Source: Dimorphilus gyrociliatus
Lineage: Eukaryota > Animalia > Annelida
Assembly (NCBI GenBank): GCA_904063045.1
Contig: CAJFCJ010000006.1
Coordinates: forward strand, 1,651,601-1,715,600
Reading direction: 5' to 3'
Length of the DNA stretch: 64,000 nucleotides
Every line of letters begins with the position of its first letter. Positions within the stretch are counted from its first letter, which is position 1. The translations under genes and the position numbers were made by a program. Below are positions 48,094 through 61,327 of the stretch, one piece after another. Under the pieces are notes generated by a model. The model did no database searches and was not told the origin of the DNA. It saw nothing but the letters and a program-made list of their open reading frames with translations.

Positions 48094-51000
48094 TCAATCA
48101 CCATCCGTAGAGTTGTCGCCAAATTTTGGAGACGAAGCTGAATTTTCTTTGATGTCGTCATTTTGAACTGATTTTTCAGGCTCACCCTCTTCATCAATGG
48201 ATCTTCGAGGGAAGACGCTGTTGGACGATTCAGATGGAGAAGAACTGAATGAAAAGACGAACAAGTTGAAAAAGCGTAGATTAAACATGAAGATTTATTC
48301 ACCAATGATCATCTGGAATATGGCATCTCTCCGGAACCATTGTGGGCCTAATAGATAGATCTTCCGCTTCGTCATCTTCTTCACCCTCCGATACCATATG
48401 CGTAGAATTATTTAGAAGAGAGGAGGTGATATTATTTTGTTCTAAAACAGCCTTGAAAAGAGAAAACAACCATTTAATAAAAAATTTAGATAAGGCTTAT
48501 TATTCTTACTTTCAAATTCGCTGTTAAATGTTCACCATACAGTCCTGGTTGCAAAGGTAAAGACGGGTTTATAACAGAATTGGTATTGTTGCTTTTTTGA
48601 CCATTAGCTTTTTGGGGCCGTCGTTTATAAAATTCTTCTTCATCTACTGTCCAGACAGCCCCTTTAATATTTTCTACTCTCATAAAGCACTTGTGCAGGC
48701 TAAGATTATGCCTAACGGCATTCTTCCATGTAGCTTCATTTCTCCTAAAATAGCAAAAGTTGGTTTGGAACCATTGATAGATCTCGTTTAATGTCAATTG
48801 TTTATTAGCTGATTCGATGATCGCTTGTCTAATTAATGATGCGTAAGTAAAAGGCGGTCGCATATCATTGGTTCGATAATATTCACGGTTCTTTGTTATC
48901 TCCTGGGATATTGAGGCGTTACTAGTCTTATCCGTAATACGATTGCGTCTCGATTGTGACGAAGGAGGTGTTACGGGACTGGTAGCTAATTGCAGTTTAG
49001 GATTCATATGAAGCGATTCGCTTTTGATGGGTGTCGGAGACGGCGGTTTTCTAGGAGAGTTCAAATGCATTAGCATTGCGTGCAATCTTTCTTTTTCCTT
49101 GGATAGCTATAATAAAAACAAAAAAGAGTGAAACAAATATACTTTGTAACTAGAAAGCTTGTACTTAAAAAAAAAAGAAAACCTTCTGTTTCAAAAGTAG
49201 TATAACCTTAGAGTCACGATACATGTCTACATATTATAAAGTTTAGATTAAAATATGACTTTCTATGCTACTATTTACCAACGGAACTCATAACGAGCTG
49301 ACTCATTGAATATCTATAAGTATACAATCTTTTTTTTTTCACAAAATTAAACGGCAGTAGCATGAGCTCGTTGTTATTCTTTAATTGAGGATGTGTTTGC
49401 TTTTCGAGGGCTGGCTCCTTTCAATGTACAATTGGTAAAGAAAGAGAAAGTAGGATTAAGGAATGAGCTATAAAGCTGATTTACATACAGCATATATACA
49501 GTATATATATATATATATAAGCATATATACAAGCATATATACTCTACATACAGTATATATTCGATCGCGTCAATTGGCAACAAATTGTGGAGTAAGTAAA
49601 CACAAGTCAATTAAAAAACCAATGACAACTTGTGAAAAAAGGAATAAAAGAAATTCTTTCAAATTAAAACATAGAAAAGCAATATTTATTCTAAATTACT
49701 GGATATTCGAAGAAAAGTAAAAGAGAAAAAGACGAAAACTTTTTTAGACTCTTTCTTTATATTTTTTTTTTTAAAAAGAAAAAAATGGTAATGTTAGGAT
49801 TGGGGAATAGGAGAGAAAGAGCGAAAATTCTCCAAAAAAAAATCTATAGCAAACAAACATTTCAAAAACGAGGCCGTCATTGTTTATCGAGCTTGCTCAG
49901 AATGTTTGTACAAGCCGCGCTGCCTTGTTTACCTAAAGCTGTTTGTTTACCACTCTTGTTTAGTTGCCCATAGGTCCTGCGTTCTCGCTTATTTTCCGTG
50001 CAAACATTCCATCCATCAACCACTATACCTCGCTAAACAAGTGCCGCGCCCCTTTTTTATACATTACACAATTTTTTAACGGTATTTAGTTTTGTTTACG
50101 TTTGTAAATTTGATGAGGAATGAAAAATTACAAGCGCAATTGTTAAATGACTAAATATTATAGGCCGACGAAGCACTAGTTGATATCGCTTTATATAATT
50201 TCTTTAGAGAATGTTGGGAAATTTCATATTTACATTAATAACTTAATCTTTGTCAATATTTAACCAAACTGAAACCTTACCTGAACTTCTAAATGTTGAA
50301 TAATTTGTGTTTGAACGCGAACTTGAGCCGTACTCCTGTCGTCGAGTGGATGTTCATCGCAGAGGTGTTTGAGGAAAGCATTCGAATCCTCGCAACTTTG
50401 GTCACATCCTGGCCATTTGCAGACATTACTCCGAAATAATGCATGGTTTCTATTGCTTGAATCTGAATGTCCATTTTCTTGCTCTTTTTCTTCCTTATTC
50501 CAGATTTGATGATTAAGCGCAGCGACTGCCGGATGCATAAAGTGAGCTCCCGCAGCCATCTGCAGTCGCAACTGCAACTGCTGTAGTATCTGCTGTTGTT
50601 GAATTTGCAATCCATGCATTTGGAGTGCAATCGGTTCGGCAGCATTTTTATTTTGTTGTTGCAGTAATTGGGATTGCTGAAACGCAACCAGTTTCAATTG
50701 ATCTTGCAGTTGGTTTATCTCAGAATTGATAGTATGATTTGCCACGGCCTGTTGCTGAAGAATCATGGAATGTAGATCCGTTGAAGTCGGCGGAACGTTC
50801 GGAATAGGCATGAGAGGAGGTGGAGGAGTTCGTTTTCGTTTAGCAGGTGGTGGAGAGAGTGAATCTTCGTCCATTTCACCGTTTGCCTTCAAATAATGCA
50901 ATACTTAATTAAAATATCTGTTGAAACGTCTCCGGTATAATCATTATTAATATATTAAACTAAAATCATTTATTCAGATGTCGCCCTAGGCCTACTAACC

Positions 51001-52174
51001 ATCCGGTGACCAAACGCCGACTGCAAATCAACAAGCCTCCCCGTCCAGATGGCGTTAGCGCCTTTTTTGGCGGGAAAATAAAAAATAGAATGGGGGGCTG
51101 TTTAAAGAATAAACAATTGCAGCGGCGTTACTATGGCTACGGAGCATAAACTCCAGTACAGATACGTAAACTAAACAACTCTCTCTGGCCTTGTACACAC
51201 ATCGGGCGAAAATAAACAAAAGTGATAAAAGCATTTCGCTTCGCTTTTATTTACACGCTGCCGCTCACTGACACTTTTCGAATTGTTTGACGACCGATTT
51301 TTTTCCACCGACGTTAAAACGACGCAATCGGACGTGTAAACAATTTTAAACAAACACCTTTTCTATAGCATTTTAACTGTTCTATAAAGTTTCGACCGAT
51401 GTTCATTCAATAGAAATTTTTCCCCATATCGCTTTCCTATTCGAATCTTTCTTCGTTTCTATGTTTTTCTATCTAGCACTCTAGCACACACACACTCTCT
51501 CTCTCTCTCTCTCTCTCTCCCTCCATCTCTCTCTCTCTCTCTGTCTTTCTTTCTGGCTGACCCTTTCCGTCCTTCACTCCCTTAGAACATATCTCCTCTT
51601 TCCATATTTACTCTTTTGAGCAGAAAAACTTTTCTCTTTTTGATATTCAAGGCTTTGCGCCCTCCTAACAATACGAAAATCAACGAATTCTTTATATATA
51701 AATATAATACAGGCAAATAATTGTCATAGGCCTTCATCATTGACAGACTTTCACTACTTAACTAATCTTTTGTTAAGTGCTAAAAAGTAATCGCAAAGAT
51801 AGTCGAAGCATCGTAGACCAAAAAAATATTAGAGATTAAGATTAATGGAATAAATCAGATGAAGAATGATAAAGACCATAGGGATTCGTCAGTTGAGGCG
51901 TAAATATAGAATTGTTTCTATTTACGAATCGATAAACAATAAAAATTCACGCTCAAACATAATTATAAATCGGTTACAGATTACGAAACTTGTTAATTTT
52001 ATCTAATTGCTCACTCATGGTTGATCATAAGGTTTACGAATTAAATAGGGCAACAACACATTCAATACAACCAGATGTCGTTAGTGTACTTACATCTGGA
52101 GACGTTAAATTCCTCCCGTGACCGTTCAAATGACCACCGGACATGATCTTCTCAATAGTAAGATTTGAAGCCAT
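48094..52174 (-). CDS. FoxP: Forkhead box P transcription factor; exons 52174-52094, 50886-50281, 49106-48510, 48451-48303, 48244-48094 (further upstream exons possible)
   Basis: Q-rich region, zinc finger CKWPGC..HLCDEH, leucine zipper [12 protein letters not shown], and forkhead [14 protein letters not shown]...[15 protein letters not shown]. Confidence 0.96.
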
Positions 52175-55100
52175 ACACCGGCGTTTCTGTTAGGATGAAG
52201 AAAAAAAAAACGTGTGAGCTAAATAAGGAAAGTGTGTCAAGGTCGGATAGTGATTCGGTTTCGCCGAGGCTAATCCAAGAAGCCCTAATTAAATAACTTT
52301 ATTTATATTATGTACTCTCTAGACGCAGATTCTAACAGGGTAGATAAAAAAGCAAATCACTCTCCCTTCCTCCAATATATCATAGAGAAAAATAAATGGA
52401 ACAAATAATATTTTTTCTCGCTAAAGGGCGCAGATTAATTTAGACGCCTATGACGTCATTATTTCTCTTGAAAAGGGTGAGGTCGTACTCGTACTTGATA
52501 TACTTGCCCTTAACAATACATTTTTTTTAATCAAATTTTATTTATTTTTAGCAGCTAGCAATTGTTCTTAACGACGTAAACTGGAACAAATAGGACTACA
52601 CTCTAACAGATTAATCAGTCACTCAACTCTTGTTATCGACTGCACATAAGTGAACTCTTTCCTTTTACTTTTCTTTTTTTGTCTATTCTATCACATTATA
52701 TAAAAAGTCAACTAAATAAAATGAATAAACAATTTAATAGTTTATAGTTTAGAATAGGAGGTCGCCTTAAAATCTATAGATATGAAAAATAAAAAAAAAA
52801 AGATATATAAGCCTATAGATAGTATTTTCCGCGAACTATACAAAACTCATGTCTTTGTAGAGAATTGGCCAAACAGACACATTTCTATAAGTGTTTTTTT
52901 TCCCTACCTATTTTTTCTATGTATTCAAAGAACTTCAAGTTCGATTCTATATATAGAAAATTATACTTGATTGACTTGTATACTTTAGTACACACGTGTC
53001 TATGATAATATAATGAAAAATGCTCATTTACAATTCGCATAAGTATTAATAATTTCGATTTCTCTAAGCTAATGAATATTCAAAGTACGTTCCTACTTAA
53101 TACACTCAAGGTCATAAAGATCTAACAGATTTCACTGGATTTACAGCATTCAGAAATATCTTTGATCTTTCTAAAAATAATAGTCGTTACATACGAGCAT
53201 AAGATGGAATCACGCAATAGAGAATTTATTTCCGGTTAACGAAATAGAAAATAATAGGCTAAAAAATGCTAAGAAGAAAAAAAAAAACGAATTCGTATGA
53301 TTGAAAAATTACATTATCAAGTCACTTCCGTCTAATTTAAAACAGCTATAGACAATACATTTTTAAATACATATGCTTGCAATGTTACAAAACCACAGGA
53401 TGTAATCGAACAGTCTGTTTCCGGTTCGAAGGATCGACAAGTGATAGGCTGTCAATACTCGTAAAAGAATACTATAAACAAAAGTAACATTTCTTCTAAG
53501 TGATTTCAAACAATTAACGATATCAAATATGAAGAAAAGAAAGTTTTGATTATTGATACAATATTATAAAATTGGAAGCATCCTCTACCGCTCTTCTCTC
53601 TAGTATCTATATCTACCTAGACTTTGCGAATAGGTTTGCTTTGTAACTTGAAGAAGCCATACTTAAATCGCAAGATATATGATTATTTTTTTTTGGTTAA
53701 TTCCATCATTCAATAACGTTTTTTTTTCATAATTTGAATTAAAGTACACCTCTAGCGTAAAGCGTATATAAAAGATATATATACATAAAATTTCTATATA
53801 CTGTATATATATATATATTTATAAGTATAGATGTATACATAAATATAATTATATAAATATTTAACCGGGTCAGAAAAAAATATTGCACAGATGAGAAACA
53901 AAAGATAAAAATTTACCTGGAGAGGAAAGCTTGCTTTTGCCTTTTCACATGCGGCTGTCATAACTAGTAGCTTCATGACGTCACAAACGCCAGAAGCCGA
54001 ATGAAGAGCAAGCGCAGCAGAATGTTATACGTCACACGACTAAGAACGTTCCTATAGGCCTAGATAAAATCGGCGCGCCGATAAAATAGGCTTAGGTCAC
54101 TTTTTTTTATTGCGCACTTCGCCAGTAAATAAACAACACAACAATCCGCGTGTCTCATTAATATTCAGTTTGGCCGATTAGGTTATTGCACCCGACGATA
54201 CGGGGCCTGCGTTTCCAAGAATATATCTTATTTCGTGGGGGCGTCTAATTTTAATTTGCTAGTCACGTTTAAAAAGATTCTGTTACTATTTGATATTTGC
54301 AACCATATAGAAAGAAAGAATAACTTTTTTAATTCCATAAAATTGAAAGAAAAAAAGAGAGCGAACATTTTTACAGGCGACATCTATTGGAGAAGTAAAA
54401 AATTAGAAGACGCTCTAACACACGCCCTTTAAGAAGCAAAAACGATAATTAGCAAGCGCATCGACGCGCGCCATTTTCACGGTCATCAATAATTCGATAG
54501 CATCCCAACATAGCTGGACGGGAATATATTTATCAAAAGCGAAAAAGTTAATGTAAATATGGGAGATGTTTTTGCACGGCAAAATAAATAAACAAATGAT
54601 AAGTTGTCTAGATAGCGGCAATTTTTCGTCTAAAGTCTGTGTAATTATATATGGAAGACGACGTCTAAGTACAATGACGTCATCTTAAACGCCAAACTTT
54701 GAAGGAGACTCATAATTACTCATATATATAAGCTTAATTGCCCTTAATTCAAGAAACCTCGCATGGCACGGAAGTTCGTTTTTATATGCATAATTTCTGC
54801 AGGGGTCGTTGCACTGTGAATTCTGCAAATTTTGCAGGATAACCTTGAAACGATGTAAAAAAGGAAAACCAAGAAAACAAAGACGCGCGTGGCAAACAAC
54901 TTCACAAATAATGCTTTGCTAACAACGTCGTAACCATGGAAACGTTCATAAAATCTCTTTTTGTACTGAGACAAACAAACAAAAATCGCGTCTGCCGGAG
55001 TAACGCTGTGTTGAAGCGTCAAGTCGTTCTTTTATATTATTGCACTTCTAAAAATATAAGCTATAATTATGCGTTATTTTTATATATGCAAATATTGAAA

Positions 55101-56387
55101 ACGCAATAATATGCAAAGTCTATACGCTAATACAAAAATACACATTTATATGCATATACGATTTAATGAATATATATATTTATATATATATGTATACATA
55201 TATATATATATAGTATTACAAGTACTAAATTCTATATAAACTATTCGCTTTCGGCAATTAAGATGGTTTATATATGTCTTTCGGTAAATTTTGCCAAAGA
55301 TGCCTACCAGTTTTTGCAACAATTGTATAAACCACGAAAAAAAGAAATATCTATAAAGCAACATATATAAGTGAGTGATATTTGCATAACGACGCAAACA
55401 AACAGAAACATTTGCAAACAATGTGTTGTCTTTACCAACAAACCAATAAAATAGACTTTATTAAAAATTTTCGCGCTCAGCATACACCTGCGTCACTTTA
55501 TGAATCGATCTCGTTATATATATTTTATTGAGATAGATTGTTTACCGTCGTTATTTACCGACTGAAAAAAAGAACGAATGCGTTATTAACGAGCTCGTTT
55601 TACACGCTGTCGTGGTAAACAAAATGTTTATTAATAACGCAATTGCTCATTTCTCTCTGATCAAATTACTATATCGATTATTCTCCTTAGTGTTTATGTA
55701 ACCTCCATTTTTTTCATTTTTATTATATACTGTTTATTCTCCGCTGAGTAGAAAGTTGAATAGGCCTATGTAAGAATTTAGACTTCATTTTTTTTCCAGC
55801 CAAATTTTCTAACGCTTTCTTAATTATTTAACGCCTTACTCTTTTCAATTTTTAATGATTCGACATATTATGTTTTAAGTTTTCCTTTCATTTCCTTCGT
55901 TGATTAAACGAATTAAAGTTACTTCCCGCCAAAGCGCGCGAAAGAACCTTTTTAAAAAGTAGATAGTTTTTACATAGACATTTATACAAAACGAACCTCA
56001 GATTAGTGAAACGTCGAATATTTTACAGGCGTCCGTCCAGACAACGACCTCTCGGCAAACTTGCAATCCCGGCTCAAACAAATGTAAACAAAACGAATTC
56101 GTTCGCGGACTACTTTTTGTAAACAAAAACAATAATCGATGAATGACTTAAAAATGTGCCGGTCTTTTGACAATTCAACTCAAGGCTAAATTTGTGCTAT
56201 TTAACCACCTACTTTTATAAAGCCGAAAACTTTTTTTTGATGTTAAGAATAAATGAAAACGGATCTATTTTCGCGCGTAAGAATAAATTGTAATCAGGTC
56301 ACTGGAAACCGGTAATTAGCTAGACTATTTCGTAATTATCGCCTATCCTCTATTATCGTTAAGTAAATTAATATTTGGCCTATAGAC

Positions 56388-57667
56388 ATGTCTGAACACC
56401 AAAATTTATCCTCAGTAATAAAAGAAACGCATGCAAAATTGAGAAAAATGTTTAATGAAAAAGATAGTAAAAGTCATGAACTATTGTGGGCTGAACACTG
56501 CTCAAAAGAAGAAGTGCTTAATGAATACGCAACCGCTATGAAAGACTTGGCTACTAAGCATTGGTCAAAGTCACCGTATACGCGTATTAATTGGTGTATT
56601 GACAAAATGAAAGAGTACTTTTTTGAAGGTGGCCTTGAGAAACTGCGAATGAAAGATGAGAGAAGATTAAAACATCACGGCATGACCCAAGACAATGAAA
56701 ATATCCTTATAGAAAATTGCTTGTAAGTAAATTTAAAGGAAAGTTGTAAAAATCAATTACTTTTACAAAAAAAAAGGGTATTTGAGATGGGTCAATTATA
56801 AATAGATAGAGGATTCTATTGATGATTGATGATAGACTCTCTAAGTGTGTGTTTGAAACAGATCTTTTCCATTAAAGAGTGATACACTTCTCTAAATCTT
56901 TACTAAAAAAGAAAAGAAATAGTCTAGTTTATCTTTTATAGGAAACTACCACTGGAAGAAAAAGTACGGTTACTGGATGTCGGAAGTTGCTATAATCCAT
57001 TTGAGAGTTACAATTTTGTTAACTGCCTCCCAATAGACCTATGCCCAGCATCGCCGGTATGTTACCTTATTCGTATGCAAACTGGTTTTTTAGCTTATTC
57101 ACTGACTAATATGTTTGTAATCCTATATCAAGCTGTTTATTTCGGCTATTAACCGGTTTCATCATTAACCAGAGACATCTGTTGTTTATTTCGTAATTTT
57201 TATCACAGACAGTACGACGTTGTGATTTCCTTCAAGTTCCAATTTCTGAAGGATTAACTGAATATGAGGATACTATAAGTTGTTTATGCAAAGAGAATTT
57301 CGACGTCGTGGTATTTTCATTACTTTTAGAATATTTTCCAAGTTCCGAACAGCGTCACATTTGCTGCGAAAAAGCATACGAAGTATTAAAAGGAGATGGC
57401 TTATTGGTTATTATTACTCCCGATTCAAGCCATCAGAATAAGAATATGAATATGATAAAATCTTGGAAATTAGCTATGGAAAATCTAGGATTCACTAGAT
57501 GGCGTTATGAAAAATTGCAACATTTGCATTGTATGGCTTATCGTAAATTTGGGAAGAAACGAGTCTTCTCAGATAATTACAAACTCTTGTTTATTCCTCA
57601 AGATTCCAGAAAAGAAGAACTTTCAAACAGTAAACCAAATTTATCACTGGCTATTTCAACGGGATAG
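56388..57667 (+). CDS. SAMTOR: S-adenosylmethionine sensor upstream of mTORC1 (C7orf60/BMT2-like); exons 56388-56722, 56942-57056, 57209-57667
   Basis: WAEHC..EYATAMKDLATKHW, RLLDVGSCYNPF, VVFSLLLEYFP, ITPDSSHQN and LFIPQD. Confidence 0.94.
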
Positions 57668-57778
57668 GAATTAGACGGCACTTGATCCCAAACGTCCACC
57701 AGACGTCTCCAGCGAACGAATTTTTTTTGGCTGGTAAATGAACTTAATCAATGAACGACAGACTGTAGAAGATTTCGG

Positions 57779-60373
57779 ATGCGTCTGGTATCGGAACTTC
57801 GCTCTAAAACAGAAGTTCGTCGTTCAAAACTACGATGGTGCTTAACTCTCCTCCTAGCAGTAATAGTTTGCGAGACTATTATTGTTCTTCTTACTGTTTG
57901 TCGGACCTACATAGCTAAAAAGAACAGGAAAGGAATAAAGCGTGAACAAGTCGAGAGCATAACCATAATTCGACAGTCTTTTGACAGTCCTGATATGAAA
58001 AGTTTTATGAACCAATTGGAAACAGACTGCCGTTTAATGACGGAGAATGAGAGCAAAAATCATTGCAAATGTTTTTCTTCGGACCTAGGTTTGTAACTAT
58101 AAAGTCAATCAACTATCTATTGTTATAGATCAGTGCATGATAACTTTTTGGATAAAAAAAAATTGAATAATTTCTTATATGGAAAAAAAGCGGATAATAA
58201 TACAGGGGATAGTATTAAGAGATAGAGATTTACGTTTGTCTTGTAGAAAGTAATCATAATAACAAAAAGAAATTTTGACCTTCTTTTCCGACTCTCGTAC
58301 ATAAATAGCCTATCGCAAAAAAAAATCGGTTCCCATAGAAACCTGCCGGCCATCAATCTAATCCCGAGATATTTCATCCAAAACAGTAGGCAGAATTGGA
58401 ATACGCCTTCGAAACATACCGGAGATTGGTGAAATGGAGCTACAACACAACGAACTGGGCGCTGGGGGAACGTGGGGTCCTAATATTTGCCAGGCTCGTT
58501 TCAGAATCGCCATAATTGTACCTTTCAGGGATAGAGCGGAACATTTGAAAGTATTTCTCAATCACATGCATCCTTTCCTTCAACGACAAAAATTTTATTA
58601 TCGAATAATCGTCGTAGAACAAGTAGGTTTTCCTTCACTTCCAATAGAAATCTATTGATTGAAACTTTCCAATTTTTTTCTTTCTATATCACTGTTCTCT
58701 GTTCCCTAACCGCCTGCAGGAAGGTTATGGAATTTTCAATAAAGCGTCTATGATGAATATTGGTTTTAAGGAGGCATTACGGATGGGAAAATTTGACTGT
58801 TTCATATTCCATGATGTCGATATGCTGCCTGAGGATGACAGAAACTTATACATTTGCTCCTCAGCACCTCGTCACGTAGGAAGTCACGTGGATAAGTGGA
58901 ATTACACGTAAGTTCATTGATGTATAATTATACAGTGAGTAGATTTAGAGGCAATGAATTGTCTAATTACCATGCGTAAAGTCATTATTTCGAGGAAAAA
59001 CGTCGAGTAGCGATAATAAAACTCTACGTTTGCGTCTTCTTTTGCAATAAAGGGTTAATAAAACGCTTTAAATAAGTCAACTGCTGTCTAATATGAGAAT
59101 TTATAGTGAATGAAAGTCGAAATTATCTTATGTAGACTTCATTACAGAGAAATAAACTTCTGTTTAGAAAGTTTTATACGAAATCTTTACATTTATTTTT
59201 TGGGCAAAGATTATATTTGTATGGCGTCTATTTGGGGAAGAAAAACGTGACATATAATTCGGATTTCATGAATCATATAGCTTCGGTTACCGAATATAAT
59301 GCCCATCGGAATTTTGTAGGCCTCATTTTTTTTGCAATCTGAGGAGCCAAGAAAATTTCGCTTCCTCGTTTTATTCAGGCGAAAAAGTAAGGTTATTATT
59401 TATATATTATATATCTATATACTATATACTGTAAATATATATATATATATATATATACTGTATATATATACTGTATATATATATATATAAATTTATATAT
59501 ATATGCAGAATAACTCTGTATGTATTAGTTGTTTGGGAAAAAAGCCGCCTATCTTCCATTCAGACTAGATTCTCATAACAAAAAATTAGAGCATTATCCT
59601 TTTTCTTTAAGGCGTTTTTATTCTAATGAGAAATATGAATATCTTACTTTAATCCTCAAATAAATCATTAGGGTCGTTATCGTTATATAATACTTTTGTA
59701 TTTTAGGCATTTTTTTCTTCACAGTCCTGCTCCGATATAATATGACTTTAGATCTCTTTTAGCAAGAGAGATTTTGTAAAAAATCTGATATATAAACTTC
59801 CTTAAATACAATTGATGAAATTGGGTTGCAATTGAAATGTTACCTAAATACTATAACCAATTACTTAGTTAGTTTCTTCTTTTATGTAGATTACCCTACC
59901 AAGATTTATTTGGTGGAGCGACAGCTTTCACTAAGAAGCAATTCGAGTTCGTCAATGGTTATTCCAACGCTTATTACGGATGGGGTGGTGAAGACGATGA
60001 CATGTTTCGCCGAGTCAAATTCCGGAAGTTCAATATAATTCGTTATCCAAAGTTCGTTTCCAGATATACTATGATCCGACATACGAGTGACGCCGGAAAT
60101 CCGCACAATACTTTAGGCAGTTTGGCGTGGCGTTACCGGCCTCATTCTTACACTAGAGATGGTTTAAATTCTTTAGTTTATAAACGGGTTGCGCTGGAAG
60201 AGAGACCTTTATATACGTGGGTATTGGCCAAAATCGCCACTCACAGAAATAGGTTTTATTGGAGGCACAGAACACATACTGTAGAAAAGAGGATTACAGA
60301 AACGAACTCTCCGCAGTTGGGTCGAACAATTGTAGCTTTTATTAGTTGGCTGTTCTTTTGTATTGGTTTATGA
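57779..60373 (+). CDS. GT7 beta-1,4-galactosyl/N-acetylgalactosaminyltransferase (bre-4-like); exons 57779-58088, 58387-58622, 58720-58907, 59890-60373
   Basis: Type II anchor, IAIIVPFRDR, FNKASMMN, FHDVD, PRHV, LFGG and YGWGGEDDD. Confidence 0.92.
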
Positions 60374-61327
60374 CTATGTCGCCTGGGTAGAATGTTCGAC
60401 GAACCTCTACGTGATCGCCGTGTTGTTTACTATTAGTTGAAGATTAACTAGTAAGTATAATTAATAAGACACACCAGTGTTTTATTAAGCGGCTATTGGC
60501 GTAAAGTTTCATTCGGGGCAGAGGGAAAAGTTTCCTTCTGAAAGACACATTCTACTCAGGCGGAACGCATTGAGGACAAACTTTATCTGATTTATTATTT
60601 TCGAATGGGAGAGGAAAGAAAGAGCGTTCAACTGACAAGCTATGTTTTCCATTTTACGTTACACTTTTTTATTACTACCCAGTTTGTACTCAAATCTTTT
60701 TAAATGTTAAGTAACGAATGATTTGTTTTTATAAGAGAAATCACAATAAACATTCGAGCGCTGATACTAGAATATTTGAAATGTTGTTTTGTAAATCCGT
60801 TTTTTATACTTGCTAAATTGATTAAGAGAATGAGGCATCCAAGCTCTTGTATTTTTTATTAAAAAATAGAAGATTACATCATTCCGGTAACTTTAGAAAA
60901 GCTTTTGACACTCGTAAATTAATCGAATAAGGGCTCGAGAGCGTCTTTTTCTATAAAAAAATTTATTTTCCCTCATGCTATGGTTCCTCTAAGAGAAAAG
61001 AAGGGTAATATTATTATGGAACTTATTACTCAACGCTGTGCACGTAGGCTAACAAAGAAAATAAAACTCAATTAGTTTGTCATTCTCTGCGTTATGTGGG
61101 ATGGCACGGAGTTGAAGAGGAGAAAAGAAGTGTACACTAACGTCAAGTGCTTATTATAATTGTCGTATCACGTATACGTTTTCCTCTATAACCTGGGTAG
61201 GCACGTCTAACCAAAGCAATTACGTGATCAGATTATATTATATATATTCGTATAAACAGGGAAACAAAATGCAATTCTCAGCTTAACAACAGAAGAAAGA
61301 CTTCGGAGAAAAGAATCACCTTGGATG

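Noticed and set aside
48299-48303. Alternative FoxP C-terminus by reading through the last intron (DHW*)
   Set aside because: This is possible for almost any intron, and there is no independent support.
48690-48770. Cys at the FoxP domain-swap position (NFCYFRR)
   Set aside because: Cys here is usual in invertebrate FoxP, so it is not novel.
53400-53460. GGTTCGAA as a tRNA T-loop
   Set aside because: No cloverleaf, acceptor stem or A-box can be formed.
58908-59889. Search for alternative exons in the 1-kb GT7 intron and the FoxP introns
   Set aside because: No phase-compatible, stop-free segment homologous to neighbouring exons was found. The FoxP forkhead is in a single exon here, without the mutually exclusive pair known in other animals.
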